The notes under the pieces: generated by a model
What the model saw: only the letters and a program-made list of their open reading frames with translations
What the model was told of the DNA's origin: nothing
The model's database searches: none
In this document: piece after piece, positions 28,414 through 43,474 of the stretch
Numbering within the stretch: the stretch's first letter is position 1
Layout: each line of letters starts with the position of its first letter
Assembly (NCBI RefSeq): GCF_009914755.1
Contig: NC_060925.1
Source: the human T2T-CHM13v2.0 reference genome, Homo sapiens
Length of the DNA: 64,000 bases
Strand: one strand, 5' to 3'
Program-made: the position numbers and the translations under genes

Positions 28414-30273
28414 TGAAGTGCTGGGATTACAGGCGTGAGCTACTGCGCCCAGCCCAAGACCAATATTTTAAATAAACATCAGAAACATGAGAAATAAGGA
28501 AACAAGAGAAATAAGGAAAAACATTTGCAGCATAAAGTAGAATGAGAGAGTGTAAAAAATAAAAGAGCTGAAAGCAAATATTCAATATGAGAAAGCAGCC
28601 TCATTCTCTGCCCCACCCAAACCTCTGCGTGCACCTTACAGCTCCCTGTTCTCCAGGAAAGACGTTCACGGCTTCTGGACCTTGGCATGGGCTGTTCCAG
28701 CAGCTTAGACTTCCTTCCCTCCACTTCTGCTGAAACACTTCAGCACATCCTCAAGACTCCTTCCCTGACCATGCCTCATGGTCAAGGTGACACTCAGTGA
28801 TGGCATAGGGTTCTGGAGTCAGGACACCAGGGTGCCTGTCCTGATTCTTCAACTAATTGGCTGTGTGACTTTGGGCAGGTCATGCTACCTCTCTGGACCT
28901 CAGGCTTCTCTTGGAGAAAAAGATGAAGGTGTTGGGTTAGAGTATTCCTAGAGTCCCTTTCAGTTTGTTGTGATACCGTGGTGGGGAGCACAAGCTTTGG
29001 AGTGGGGCTGCCCACCAGCCCTTCCTGGGTCAGCACTTAACGCTATGTATCATGGAGCAGTTCTTTCAACATGGAAAGCCACCGTTTACTTACCCTAATA
29101 TATGGGTTAAGAGCTTGTAGTTTGGAGTTGGACAATTTGGGCTCAGAATCCCAGCTCTGCTGCAGGTCTGCTGTGTGACCTCAGGCAAGTTACTTAACCT
29201 TTCTGTGCTTTTTTCCTCTTCATAAAATGTGAATGATACTAAGAGTACCTACCTCAAAGTGTAGGAGCACAGTGAATGCAGCTGTCATTCTGCTGGTGAC
29301 AGTTGTTTCACCACTATACAGACATCTCCTTTCAGTTTGGTAGATTCTTGATGATTATCTGCCGGGCTCTGCTTTCCAAATACACTCTCTGTTGAATTTT
29401 AACTTTTAACGGATGCTCTCCACTGCATTTTATCTGTAAAACAACCCTGCAAGGTGAGGATGACCAACCTTGTTTTATGGATAAGGAACCTGAAACCCCA
29501 AAGTTGCTTTCAAAGCTACACAGCCAGGACTTAACCCCAGGTCCACTTCCCACAAGACCAAGGTCTTTCCACCATGCCACACTATTCAGAAGATTAGACT
29601 GGGTCTGGGCACGGTGGCTCACGCCTGTAATCCCAGCACTTTGGGAGGCTGAGGTGGGTGGATTACCTGAGGTCAGGAGTTCGAGATCAGCCTGGCCAAC
29701 ATGGTGAAACCGCCCATCTCTACTAATAATACAAAAATTAGCCAGGTGTGGTCGTGGGCGCCTGTAATCCTGGCTACTCGGGAGGCTGAGGCAGGAGAAT
29801 CGCCTGAACCTCGGAGGTGGAGTTTGCAGTGAGCCGAGATCGTGCCATTTCACTCTGGCCTGGGTGACGAGTAAAACTCTTGTCTCAAAAAAAAAAAAAG
29901 AAGAAGAAGAAGAAGAAGAAGATTAGACTGGGACTTGGGAGATTACCAAATACAGGCAGATGGGAAAGCACAGTGAGAAGTCTCCCAGGCTGGAGTGCAG
30001 TGGCGCAATCTCGGATCACTCACTGCAGCCTAGACCTCCTGGGCTGAAGCGATCCTCCAGTCTCAGCCTCCTGAGTGGCTGGGCCTACAGGTGTGTGCCA
30101 CCATGCCTGGCTAATTTTTGTAGAGACAGGATTTCGCCATGTTCCCCAGGCTGGTCTTGAAATCCTGGGCTCAAGCAGTCCTCCTGCCTTGGCCTCCCAA
30201 AGTGCTGGGATTACACGTGTCAGCCACCACACCTGGATCCTACATGTATATTCTGACTGTCCGCCCTTGGCCA

Positions 30274-30572
30274 TATGCAAGATGCCTTTTGTAGTTTCAT
30301 GCAAATGTGGGCTTAGTGATAAGCCAGAAGTTAATTGAGGAGGCAGAACAAAGGTGGGTTGGACAATTTGGGGCTCATAAGACCTGAGATAGAGAGCCAC
30401 AGGGGCTCTGGGAAAGGGAGGAGGATTCTGGGAGGACACGGAGTCAGCGAAGAGGAGGATTGAGTTTCAACAAACCCAGAGCTGAAGCTGGAGACTGAAG
30501 CCTAGGGTAGTGGATGTGGGCTTTGCCAAGAGATAGGCCCAGAGGGCAGCTCTGGGGCTGAACTCTAGCCCC
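30274..30572 (+). repeat. Copy 2 of ~300-bp direct duplication
   Basis: Colinear with 27394-27692 at an offset of 2880 bp; roughly 85-90% identical by eye. Confidence 0.9.
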
Positions 30573-32359
30573 CCACCGCTGTCCCTCACCCTGGTGTACT
30601 CTTGAGGGTCTGGGTTTGTGGTTTCAGTTTCTTCCTCTGCAAAAGGGCTGCTAGTACCCCTTGGTAGAGTTAGGGGAGAGGGCACGAGGGAGACAGGAGG
30701 CCCTGGGCAAGAATCCAGTTGCGCTGGTTGTATTGACATGCATGGACTTGAGAGTTATCCTGAAACCCTATCCCTCCTTATCTGTGATTTGGGAATCACG
30801 TTCTGGCCTGTGTGGGATCATTGCAAGGCCACAGTGAAATGATTTCTTGGTGAGACCTTCTCTGATCTTTCTATTTAAAACTGCAAACCTCCCTGTCCTC
30901 CTCCCTGCCTTCTTTTTCCCCGCTGTACTTACCGCCACCTGGCGTTCTATTGCTTTTACTTACTTCCTTGTTGTCTGCCTGCCACACTGACAGGGATTTG
31001 GGCTGTTATGTTCAGCACCTAGAACAGCCCCTGGCATATTGTGGCTGCTCAATAAACAGTGTTCCAGCGAATGTTGGTTGAATAACATATAGGGAAAGCC
31101 CTAGGCATAGAAGGTGTTTAGTCAAGATCAGCTGGATCTTAGAGACATAGGGCAGACGCCTGAGAAAGGCTGGGACAGCTCACTTGGGGTGACGAGGTCT
31201 CCCATGAAAGCATTTGGGGTCTGGATTTCAGGGCGGTGCTGGTTTCCTCTCTGGCCAAAGCCTGCAAGCAGCGAGCCATATAGGAGAGGAAAGTTTGGCT
31301 GGGTGTGGGGCCTCACCCGGGAGTCCCAGCACTTTGGGAGGCTGAGGCAGGAGGATTGCTGGAGCTTAGGAGGTTGAGAGTCTGGGCAACATAGCGAGAC
31401 CTTGTCTCTACTAAAAATAAAATCACCAGCCGAACGTGGTGCTGTGCGCCGGTGGTCCCAGCTACTTGGTCTCTTGCTGAGGCAAGAGGATCGTTTGAGC
31501 TCGGGAGGTTGAGGCTGCAGTGAGCTATGATCGTGTCACTGCACTTCAGCCTGAATGACAGAGCAAGACCCTGTCTCAAAAAAAAAAGAAAGGAGAGTGA
31601 AGCTGGATGGGCCAAATACTGGGGCTTCTGAAGAAGTCAAGACCTTCAGGCAGACAGGAAGCTCATGACACTTAGCTTTCTCGTTTTCTTTAGCTTTTTA
31701 AACCACTCTGACTGCTCCTGAGTGGAACAAACTCTCAAAGAAATGATAGCCTCAGCCCACTCCACTCCAATGACTAGGAGAAAAAGCAGTAGCACTGGGC
31801 CCAGGCAGATCTGGAGACATGGCTTGGCCCTGCCCCTGTTTAGCAGAGGGACCTAGGGCAAGTCACTTCACCTTGCTGAGTCTCTACTTTCTCCTCTGAA
31901 ATGGGTGTAGTGGTATTCTCCCTCCGAGGCCTTTTGTGTAAAACCTACTAGAAAGGTGAATTATAACCAGTCATTACCAAACTGAAGGGCCTGGAAGGCA
32001 GAGCTTGTACCTGCAAGTCCTGTCACAGGGCTGGCACACAATAGATGCATGGAACCTGGTGGTCAAAGGGTTGTAAACTTCAATGGACAACAACCTGTCA
32101 GAAAGTGAGGATCTGAGTCCTGCAGGGCTATTAGACAAGTCCAGCCCCAAAACTTTCTGTAATTCTAGAAGTTTATAGATTCCAAGTAGAAAGTGACTTG
32201 TAGGAAGTTGGACTCTTACATTACCACATACTTGAAACTTGTCAGCTTTAGCTTGTTTGCAAGATTTTTCCTCTGGCAGAAACAGCTGGCAGAATATGAA
32301 TGACCTGATTTGGTTGCTCACAATCTAAAGCGCTGAGAAAAACTGGCTGAGCTGCAGTT

Positions 32360-33038
<679 letters not shown>

Positions 33039-35381
33039 TAGTAGAGACAGGGTTTCACTGTGTTAGCCAGGATGGTCTTGATCTCCTGACCTTGTGATCC
33101 GCCCGCCTCGGCCTCCCAAAATGCTGGGATTAAAGGCGTGAGCCACCGTGCCCGGCCAGGTTCCTTCCCTTCTAAGACGCTGATACTGGAGGCAGAATGG
33201 AGTTTATTATCCCTGCTCTACAGCCAAGGAAACAGCCCTTGAATATTCAGCGAGGACTCTGACTTGTAACCCTGGGCTGCCCCCACTGATCTCAGCCTCT
33301 CTGTGCAAAATTATAAGCCCAGAGGAGCTGACCCAGGAGGGAGAGGCCAACGTGACTGAAGCCCCTCACTTTGCGGAGCGGGCACTCTGTCTAGATACAA
33401 GAGGCCCCCAGGAAGCTGCGATCATGGGAAAGTACACAGGGAGCTGAGAGAGCAGCATGACATGAGGACCAGCCACAGGGCAGCAGCCAGGCATGGCTTC
33501 CTGCAGCTCTCATTGCCAGAACCACCCCCCCAACCGCCATCCCCCTACACCCCAGCAGAGTGAGCTCATGCAGCCCCACTGAGGCAGGGCTCCCTGTGCC
33601 TGGGATGGCTGAGGCACGAGCTCTGCCATTGGTGACCGAGGTTGTCCTGGCATGTGACTGAGATGGGGGTGGCATGTACACTGGACATGGAGCTGGACGG
33701 ACCTGGCCTGAATCCCAGCGCTCCCACGTGGTTGCTTTGTGACCCTGAACCTCCCTCCTGTTCTGAGCCTTGGTTTTTCCTCCTGAGCCGGAGCTGATCA
33801 TTTGCACTTCACTGGAATTCGAAGACTGGGTGAAAAGCCCCCGGCGCGTAGTAGTTGCTCCATAGAGTTTCTCCCTCTTCCTCTTTGGGTCCTGTTAGTA
33901 GCTATGTGACCTTGGCCCAGTTCCTTGACTTTTCTGTACACTGGGAGCAATGAGGGCGTTGGTGTGAGGACCAGATGGCTTTGCGTGTAAAGTGCTTAGA
34001 GCAGTGCCCGGCACACTCGTGATCACTGTTACTTCTGGCTAACACCTATTGTTTAATGCGTACCAGGCCCTGGGTCTTTCTCTCCTTGTTTATTGTCTCA
34101 CTGAATTCTTGTTCCTCCAGTGACGTAGGCTCTCACCAGGATGGTCCCCATTTGACGGGTGAGGTGGTGTGCCCAAGGTCAATGGGGGCCTGCTGAGCTG
34201 CATGCCCTTGGGTGGGACCTCACCTCCATAGGCCCCAGTTTCCTGTCTGGGGCTCTCGGCGTCAGCCCTGCCCTACTATGTCCCAAGGTCGCCGCGGAGA
34301 TCAAACGCAAAAGCCACCGGAGCCTTCTGTGGCCGGCTGGAGCGTCCTCTGGGAATGCGAGGAACGCTGTTATCTGGAGCCCAGCTGCCCTGAGCACTGT
34401 CTCTGGGAACACCCGCGTCCTTCCTCCTCTGATCTGAGCCCTCTGCGCCCGCCACCCAGGGATTCGGCTTGTGCTGGCCGCTGCCCAGCAAGCTACAAGT
34501 TCATTGTCCCTTTTCCCACAGCCCGGCGCCTCCTCAGCCTCCTCTCACAGGGCCTGCGTGGGGCCATCTGCACAATGGACACATCCTCTGCTAGGGGGAG
34601 GGGAGTGGGGAGAGCCGGGATTGGCCAATGCCCTGTCTTGAGGATGAGTTGAAGGAGGGGATTATGGGTGGGGGTGGCCAGGGTGCGCCCACCTGGCCAG
34701 GGGCAGAGCCAGGTCTTGAATCTGGGATCCTCCCCTCCCTGCCACTGCAAGCCCCAAGTGAGTTGCACTGCAGGGCTGGCTACAAGATACCGTGCAAAGA
34801 TCAGAAGAGACTTGGACCCTAGATGTGACATTCTCTTGCTGTGTGACCTCTGGCAAGTCACCTCACCTCTCCTGTAAAGTTATGATTATAGGAAGCCCTC
34901 CCACTGGGAACCGTGGTGCAGATACAATGAAATAACATTTGGGAACAGAGTGTAGTGAGTGTGAATCAAATAGCAGCTGCACGCAATCCCTTCATCTGCA
35001 AAAGTATAATGTGTCTGTGTAATGTACATATTGCAGAGAGGGCAAATGGTGGTTTGTTTCCAGTCTTGCCTCCTGTTTGAGGAGTTTATGCTTAGTCCTG
35101 GGAGACAGAAACATCCCCAAGTAAGGCTGAATTCTGGCTCGCTCACTTACTGGCTGTGTGACCTTGGGCATGCTCCTTAATCTCTCTGTGCTTCTGTTTT
35201 GTCATCTGTAAAATGGGGATAATAATAGTGCTTACCTTGAAGGTTGTTGTGGGGATCAAGTGAGTTAATATAGGTAAAGTGTTTAGAACAATGCCTGGCA
35301 CATAATAAGGTCTATGAAAAGGTTTGTTATTATTAATCTTATGAATACGATGACAAAATATGTAAAATAGGATTTTTCTAA

Positions 35382-35840
<459 letters not shown>

Positions 35841-38450
35841 TGATCTGCCCACCTCTGCCTCCCAAAGTGCTGGGATTACAGGCTTGAGCCACCGCGCCCG
35901 GCCTGTGCCTTCCTTTTCTTGTTGTTTGTGAGAGCAAGGATGGGCCGGCCATGTCTCCTAGTACCAGGGAGGCTCCCCCTGCAGAGGGCTGAGGGAAGTG
36001 CTGGAGGAGGTGGTTGGCGAACACCGCAGATGTAGTGCGTGCGCCACCCTCCCCCACCGCTTTCTGTACTTGGCATCTAGGCTTGGCACAGAGTGAGGTG
36101 GCCTGGGGCAGAACATGTCCTTTCCATGGCATGGCAGAAGGCTGTGTGCCTGCAAAGCAGCCATGCTCCGCCCCCGACCCCTGCCTGGGCACTGCAGGCC
36201 CCAGGCATGGTGTCTCTGGGCCCTGCTATCTCCCTCCCCTGCGATCTCCCTACTGCGCCTCCCTGCTGCTTCTCTCCTGCCACTAGTCCTCTGGCTTCAG
36301 TCCTCTGCCCACAGAGTTGGTTTGGGGCATCATGACCGTCCTGGAGCCTCAGGGACCCCCAGAGAAGCTTTGGCTTCTCTGAACCCAGACCCTCAGGGTT
36401 TCTGATTCCAGCTCTGCTGTGTGGCCTTGAGTAAGTGACAGTCAGAGCCTCACCCTCCTCACCTGTAAAATGGAGCTGGCAATGGGGCATGTAGTGAGAT
36501 GAGGCATGCAGAGGGCCTGCTCTCCACCAGGCCGTGCTTGGGGAGCAGAGCCCTTTGTGGTGGGTCCAGGCTGCCCCTCTGTCCTGAATGCAAGCCGCCT
36601 GCTCGTGCCTTTCTCCCTGAACCCCAAACTCCACACATTCCTGCCTCCTTGCCTTTAAACACTCAGGTCCTGTTGGGAGTGTCCTCTCTCTCTCTCTGCT
36701 CATCTCAACCCCATCATCCTTCCAGCCTGGTGCTCGACCCACCCCCACGGACACTTCTGGCCCATACCCTGTCCTAGACTTTCTCTCTCTCCCCTTCAAG
36801 ATGGAAAGGAAGTGTCAGGCTACCTGGCAGGTTACTCCTTTCTTCCCAAGTGAGTGTGTGAGGGAGAGAGAGATCTGGTTCTCTTTGGAGATGGGAGCCC
36901 TTTGACTGTAAGAATAGGACCTCTGCCGCTTAAGAACAGGCCCTTTGAAGGGAAAGTACTCAGCAGGCAGGTGAGCTTCTGGGTTCTAGAGTCTCAGAGC
37001 TGGAAGGACTGTCTGCAGCCATCCAGGTGAACAGGTCTCTGGGAAATCCCAAAGCACATGGTGGCTTGATCGAGTGGGCGGGGAAGGGTCCATCCGTTCT
37101 CTGCTCCAGCCCCTCATCTGCCCCACTTGCCCATCTCTGCCCCGCAGTCCATCCACCTCATTTGCTCCCCCTCCCCATAACCCTAGCTCCTGACTGACAT
37201 TCACTCAGCACCTACCACATCCCAGCCTCCGTTTTACACCCTTGTGTGTATGAAGGCATCCTTACAACAACGCAGTGGCTTCTATTAGGTGTGGAGGGGT
37301 GAGGTCACCTGCTCTGAGCTGCCCAGCTGGTGAGGGGCAGAGGCAGGATCAGAATCCAGGCAGCCTGGCTCCAGCATCCATCTTCACTGCTGCTGAGCTG
37401 TCTCTTCAGCCACCCACCCTCTGACCCCATCATCCTTCCACCTAGCGACATTCCCTGGCCACCCGGCCTGTGCCGGCCTCTGCCAGCCACGGGGCTGCTG
37501 CCATCAGCAGAGCAGGATTCCAGCTCCCTAGGAGCTCACCACGGTGAGAGGGTGACAACCTATGATTCTCTAAGGCTCTGATTAATTTCACCAAGGGCTT
37601 CATGGCACTGGGTTCTGGGAGCTTGGGGAGGAGCCGAAACTGCTGTCTGGGCTGGGGTAGGGTAGGGAGAGGGCAGGGGGAGGGATTCATTGGTTGGACA
37701 GCATGGGACATTCTAGTCTGGGAAGCACAGAGTGCAGAGGTGTTGAGGCTGGGAGCGCTCAGGGGACAGCTGGGTTCTCATCAAAGCCCTAAAGATGCAG
37801 TGGCTTGGCACCAGGCCTCTGGGGTACTTCCACGTCTGTTTCCTGCCAGGATGGGGTGCTGTCAATGGCTAGAAGTCTGAGCCTTACTATAATCCCCAGC
37901 ACTGGCCCACTGCCCTCTAGGGAAGTCCTTCCTTGGATCTGACCTGCAGCCCACTCTGAAACCACCACACATTCCTGCGCAAGCACTTCATCCAGCTCTT
38001 CATGACAGCCATAAATAACTTCCTCCAGTAATGAATACAGTCCTGGCCAGCAAGGCTTGCCAGAGATGCTGGGCTTGGCGGAGAGAGGAATTCCATGTCC
38101 CTTCCCTATGACTCTGCAGCTGAAATGTTACTGGGCTGGTCTTCAGCAGGGCTCCCTCCCTAGGCAGCTATGCAGGTGCCCCCCCAGCCCCTGCCTCATT
38201 CCTCATGCCCACCAGGGACACAAGGGCAACTCAGCACTCCTCTCTAGCCACAGCTCCTTGGAAGAGCCCAGAAGGCCCAGCTGACAGGCTAGGGGATGCT
38301 GGCTCCAAGCTGACTCAGTTCCCTATGTGTGCCTCTGGTGGGGAGCAGCTGAGAGATGCAGGGTCTGCTTATAGTGGTTCCTCTCACCGGGCAAGGCTTT
38401 CCTCCTCTTTAGGCCTCAGTCTTCCCATTTGGACAATGGGATGATCTCTA

Positions 38451-38639
<189 letters not shown>

Positions 38640-40324
38640 TTAGCCGGGCATGGTGGTGGGCCTGCAATCCCAGCTACTAGGGAGGCTAAGGCATGAGAAT
38701 CGCTTGAACTCTGAAGGCGGAGGTTGCAGTGAGCCGAGATTGCGCTACTGCACTCCAGCTTGGGTGACAGAGCAAGACTCCATCCCCCCAATCCCCCCAC
38801 CAAAAAAATACAGCTTCCAGCTGGGCACAGTGGCTTATACCTGTAATCCAAGCATTTTGGGAGGCTGAGGCAGGAGGATCACTTGAACCCAGGAGTTCGA
38901 GACTAGCCTGGGCAGCATAGTGAGACCCCACCTCTATTTTAAAAATGTAAACATTAACCAAATGTGGTAATGTGTGCCTGTAGTCCCAGCTACTTGGGAG
39001 GCTGAGGCAGGAGGATCGCTTAAGGCTGCAGTGAACTATGATCGTGCCACTGCACTCCAGCCTGGGCGACAGAGTAAGACCCTGTCTCAAAACAAAAAAT
39101 AAAAAAACAGCTTCCCAGGCCCTGACCTGGGAGATTCTGACCGAGTAGGTCTGGAATAGGAGAAGTAGGAATTTATTTAGGGGGCTGTTATGTCTTTCTA
39201 ATCTGTCCTTTTAAACTTGCATATAGTCACATCCCTCCACTAAACCCTTTTTTTCCCCAACACTCCCTTTATTGAAATCTCATCAGCTCCTCCCCAAAAA
39301 CCTCACGATATAGACAGGGTAGGGACGATTAGCCCCTCGACAACTTTTCACAAATATACACACGTTTAACTACCTCTCAGGTCATGATAAAGACCGGCCG
39401 GGCAGAAACACTGTAATCCCAGCTACTCGGGAGCCTGAGGCATGAGAATCACTTGAACCTGGGAGGTGGAGGTTGCCATGAGCCGAGATCACGCCATTGC
39501 ACTACAGCCTTGGCGACAAGAGTGAAACTCCATCTGAAAAAAAACAAAACAAAACATTTCCATTGCCCCAGGAAGTTCCTTCATGCACCGCCTAGTCAAT
39601 CCTCCTCCCAAGGTAACCACTTGGGAATAAGACTTTTTCCATAAGCACCTCAAGTGATTTTTGTGGCTCGGGGCATTTGGGAAATCGCAAAAGACCTTCC
39701 CAGCCTGGACAGTCTGGGGCTGCGTGCTCTAGACCGGGGGCTCCCTAAGGGCAAATACCTGACCCTGTGAGTCCTGCCAGGTACAAGCTGGGGCATACCA
39801 GCTGATGCTCCCTGGAGGCACATCAGTTTATTAGGCTGCTTGGTAGAGCCTTGGAGGGTGTCCTTGGAGCAGGCCTGGGAGCTGGGTGGGCTTGGATGGG
39901 GAAGGCTCCCGGCTGAGCTGAGGTGGAGAGAGCTTGGCACAGGGGTGTCCCTGGGTAGGTCCCACATGGAGGCCTGTGCAGGGCCTGGCCCAGTACCTGC
40001 CATCGATGTGACCTCTTCACCATGGCCAAGTGGACCTCCATTTTCTCACCTGTAAAGGGGGACAGCTCTGTCTCACTCTCAGGGTTGTTAATGAGGACAC
40101 AGCAGGTCAGGTGTGTCACAGTCAGCACCTGGTGCACCGTAGTTCTTGAATGGGAAACCAATGTTAGACGCCAAAGGAAACGGTTTCGGAGGTGCAGGGA
40201 CTGACCCAGCAACACACACCTGGGAAGTGGTGGAGCTTGGGCTTGGATCAGATTTGCTGGCTGTGTGACAGCTCACCCAGTGACTTCATTGCTAGGCCTT
40301 GGTTTCAAAATGTGGTGACTGAGA

Positions 40325-42083
<1,759 letters not shown>

Positions 42084-43351
42084 ATAGGGCTAATAATCCC
42101 CACCCTGCCAGTATCACTAGGATGTTGTGAGGATCTGACGCAATTTGAGTTACGGGAATGTTGAGAAAGAAAAGGGCGTAATGGAGTAACGAGATTAGTT
42201 TTCCTGTTATGGTGAGGTCAGTGGCCTTTCTGGGGTCAAGAAGAGGGGACTTTCCTTGGCACCAAGAGGGTAAAAGTGTCTCCTCCTGACCTTGGGTATT
42301 TTGGACCATGGGATCTGAGGTGTACCAGGAGACAGGAAGTGTGATCAGAAAAGGCCTGGTCTAATGGTGCACAGCTGTGCATATCCAAGTGGCTTGACCT
42401 CTCTGGGCCGTTTCTGAATCTGTGAGATGGGAATCATAACCACTCTCCTGACTTCATAGGATGTTTTAGGAGAGATTGGATCTGGGTTGGGGAGACAATT
42501 TTGGAAGCAGAAAAGGCCCCTCCGTGCTGGCAACAGCTCGTCCACCTCCAGCCTGTGTGTGCTGCCTCCTGGATGACTGCTGGCTTTAGGCCAGCGCCTG
42601 GCAGGGCTTCACTAAAGCCTCCGTAGGCTGCTGCTATCTCAGTTCTGAGGTACGGGCCGTGGAGACCCCCAGATTTGGGCTTAAATCCCAACTCCACCAT
42701 TGCACCTCTGAGCCTCTGTTTCTCTGCAAATGGGGATACTAGTCCCTAGCCCAGATGGGGCCTGGTACACAGTTGGTGCTCAATAAGAGCAGTTCGTCTT
42801 CTTCTGAGCATGGGTGCATCCCTCTGGCTGGGGTAAGCACCAACTCAGATTTCTAGGCCCATAGATGGGCTGGAACAGCTGCTGCTGTTAGGGGAAAACC
42901 TACTGTGTTACTAGCCAAGGGGTTCCCTTCCATGTTTTTGCCCCACAGGGCACCTGGCACAATGTCTAGCATACAGTAGGTGCTTTGTCCACACTGGCTG
43001 GTCAGTTACCTCCAAGCTGACAGAAACTCTGTCCCGTTCCCGACTGTTTCCATAGAACCTAGCACAGAGATACTCAGCAGGTGCTCTGTAGGTGTTTGGG
43101 AGTGAGGAATGAATGAACAAAGTTGAATGAAGAAGCATCGGGCCCTCCCCCGGGGCTCAAATGGGAGAGAGGAGCTTCGTAGCCTGCTCCCCCTCCCACC
43201 CCAGCACCCCGTTTCATCCCTTCTGACTAATCCACAAAGATTAACCCAGGGATAAAGCGGGTCACGGCCACTGACCCAGGGCTTTGGAGCTAGTGTGACC
43301 GAGTGTGTGCAGGGCGTGGTGGCTGCTCCCAGGGGCCCTCTTTGCCCCAAG

Positions 43352-43474
43352 ATGGCCCTCCTGTCCCCCATCCTGGATGTGGTCCTCACGGTGGCCCTCA
43401 GCCTCCTCCTCCTGGGGCTGATCCTGGGCCTCCTTTGTTTCTTCACTTGCCGCCTGGCCAGGCCGCTCAGGTAG
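43352..43474 (+). CDS. Candidate small ORF/exon encoding a single-pass membrane microprotein (MALLSPILDVVLTVALSLLLLGLILGLLCFFTCRLARPLR*)
   Basis: AAG-ATG-G Kozak context; 36 of 40 third positions are G/C; 22-residue hydrophobic span; donor CAG|GTAGGG at 43470/43471. No expression evidence is available from sequence alone. Confidence 0.4.
   Translation: MALLSPILDVVLTVALSLLLLGLILGLLCFFTCRLARPLR

Noticed and set aside
36077-36799. 240-aa minus-strand ORF
   Set aside because: Non-ATG start, includes MIR-like sequence, no family similarity or evident codon bias.
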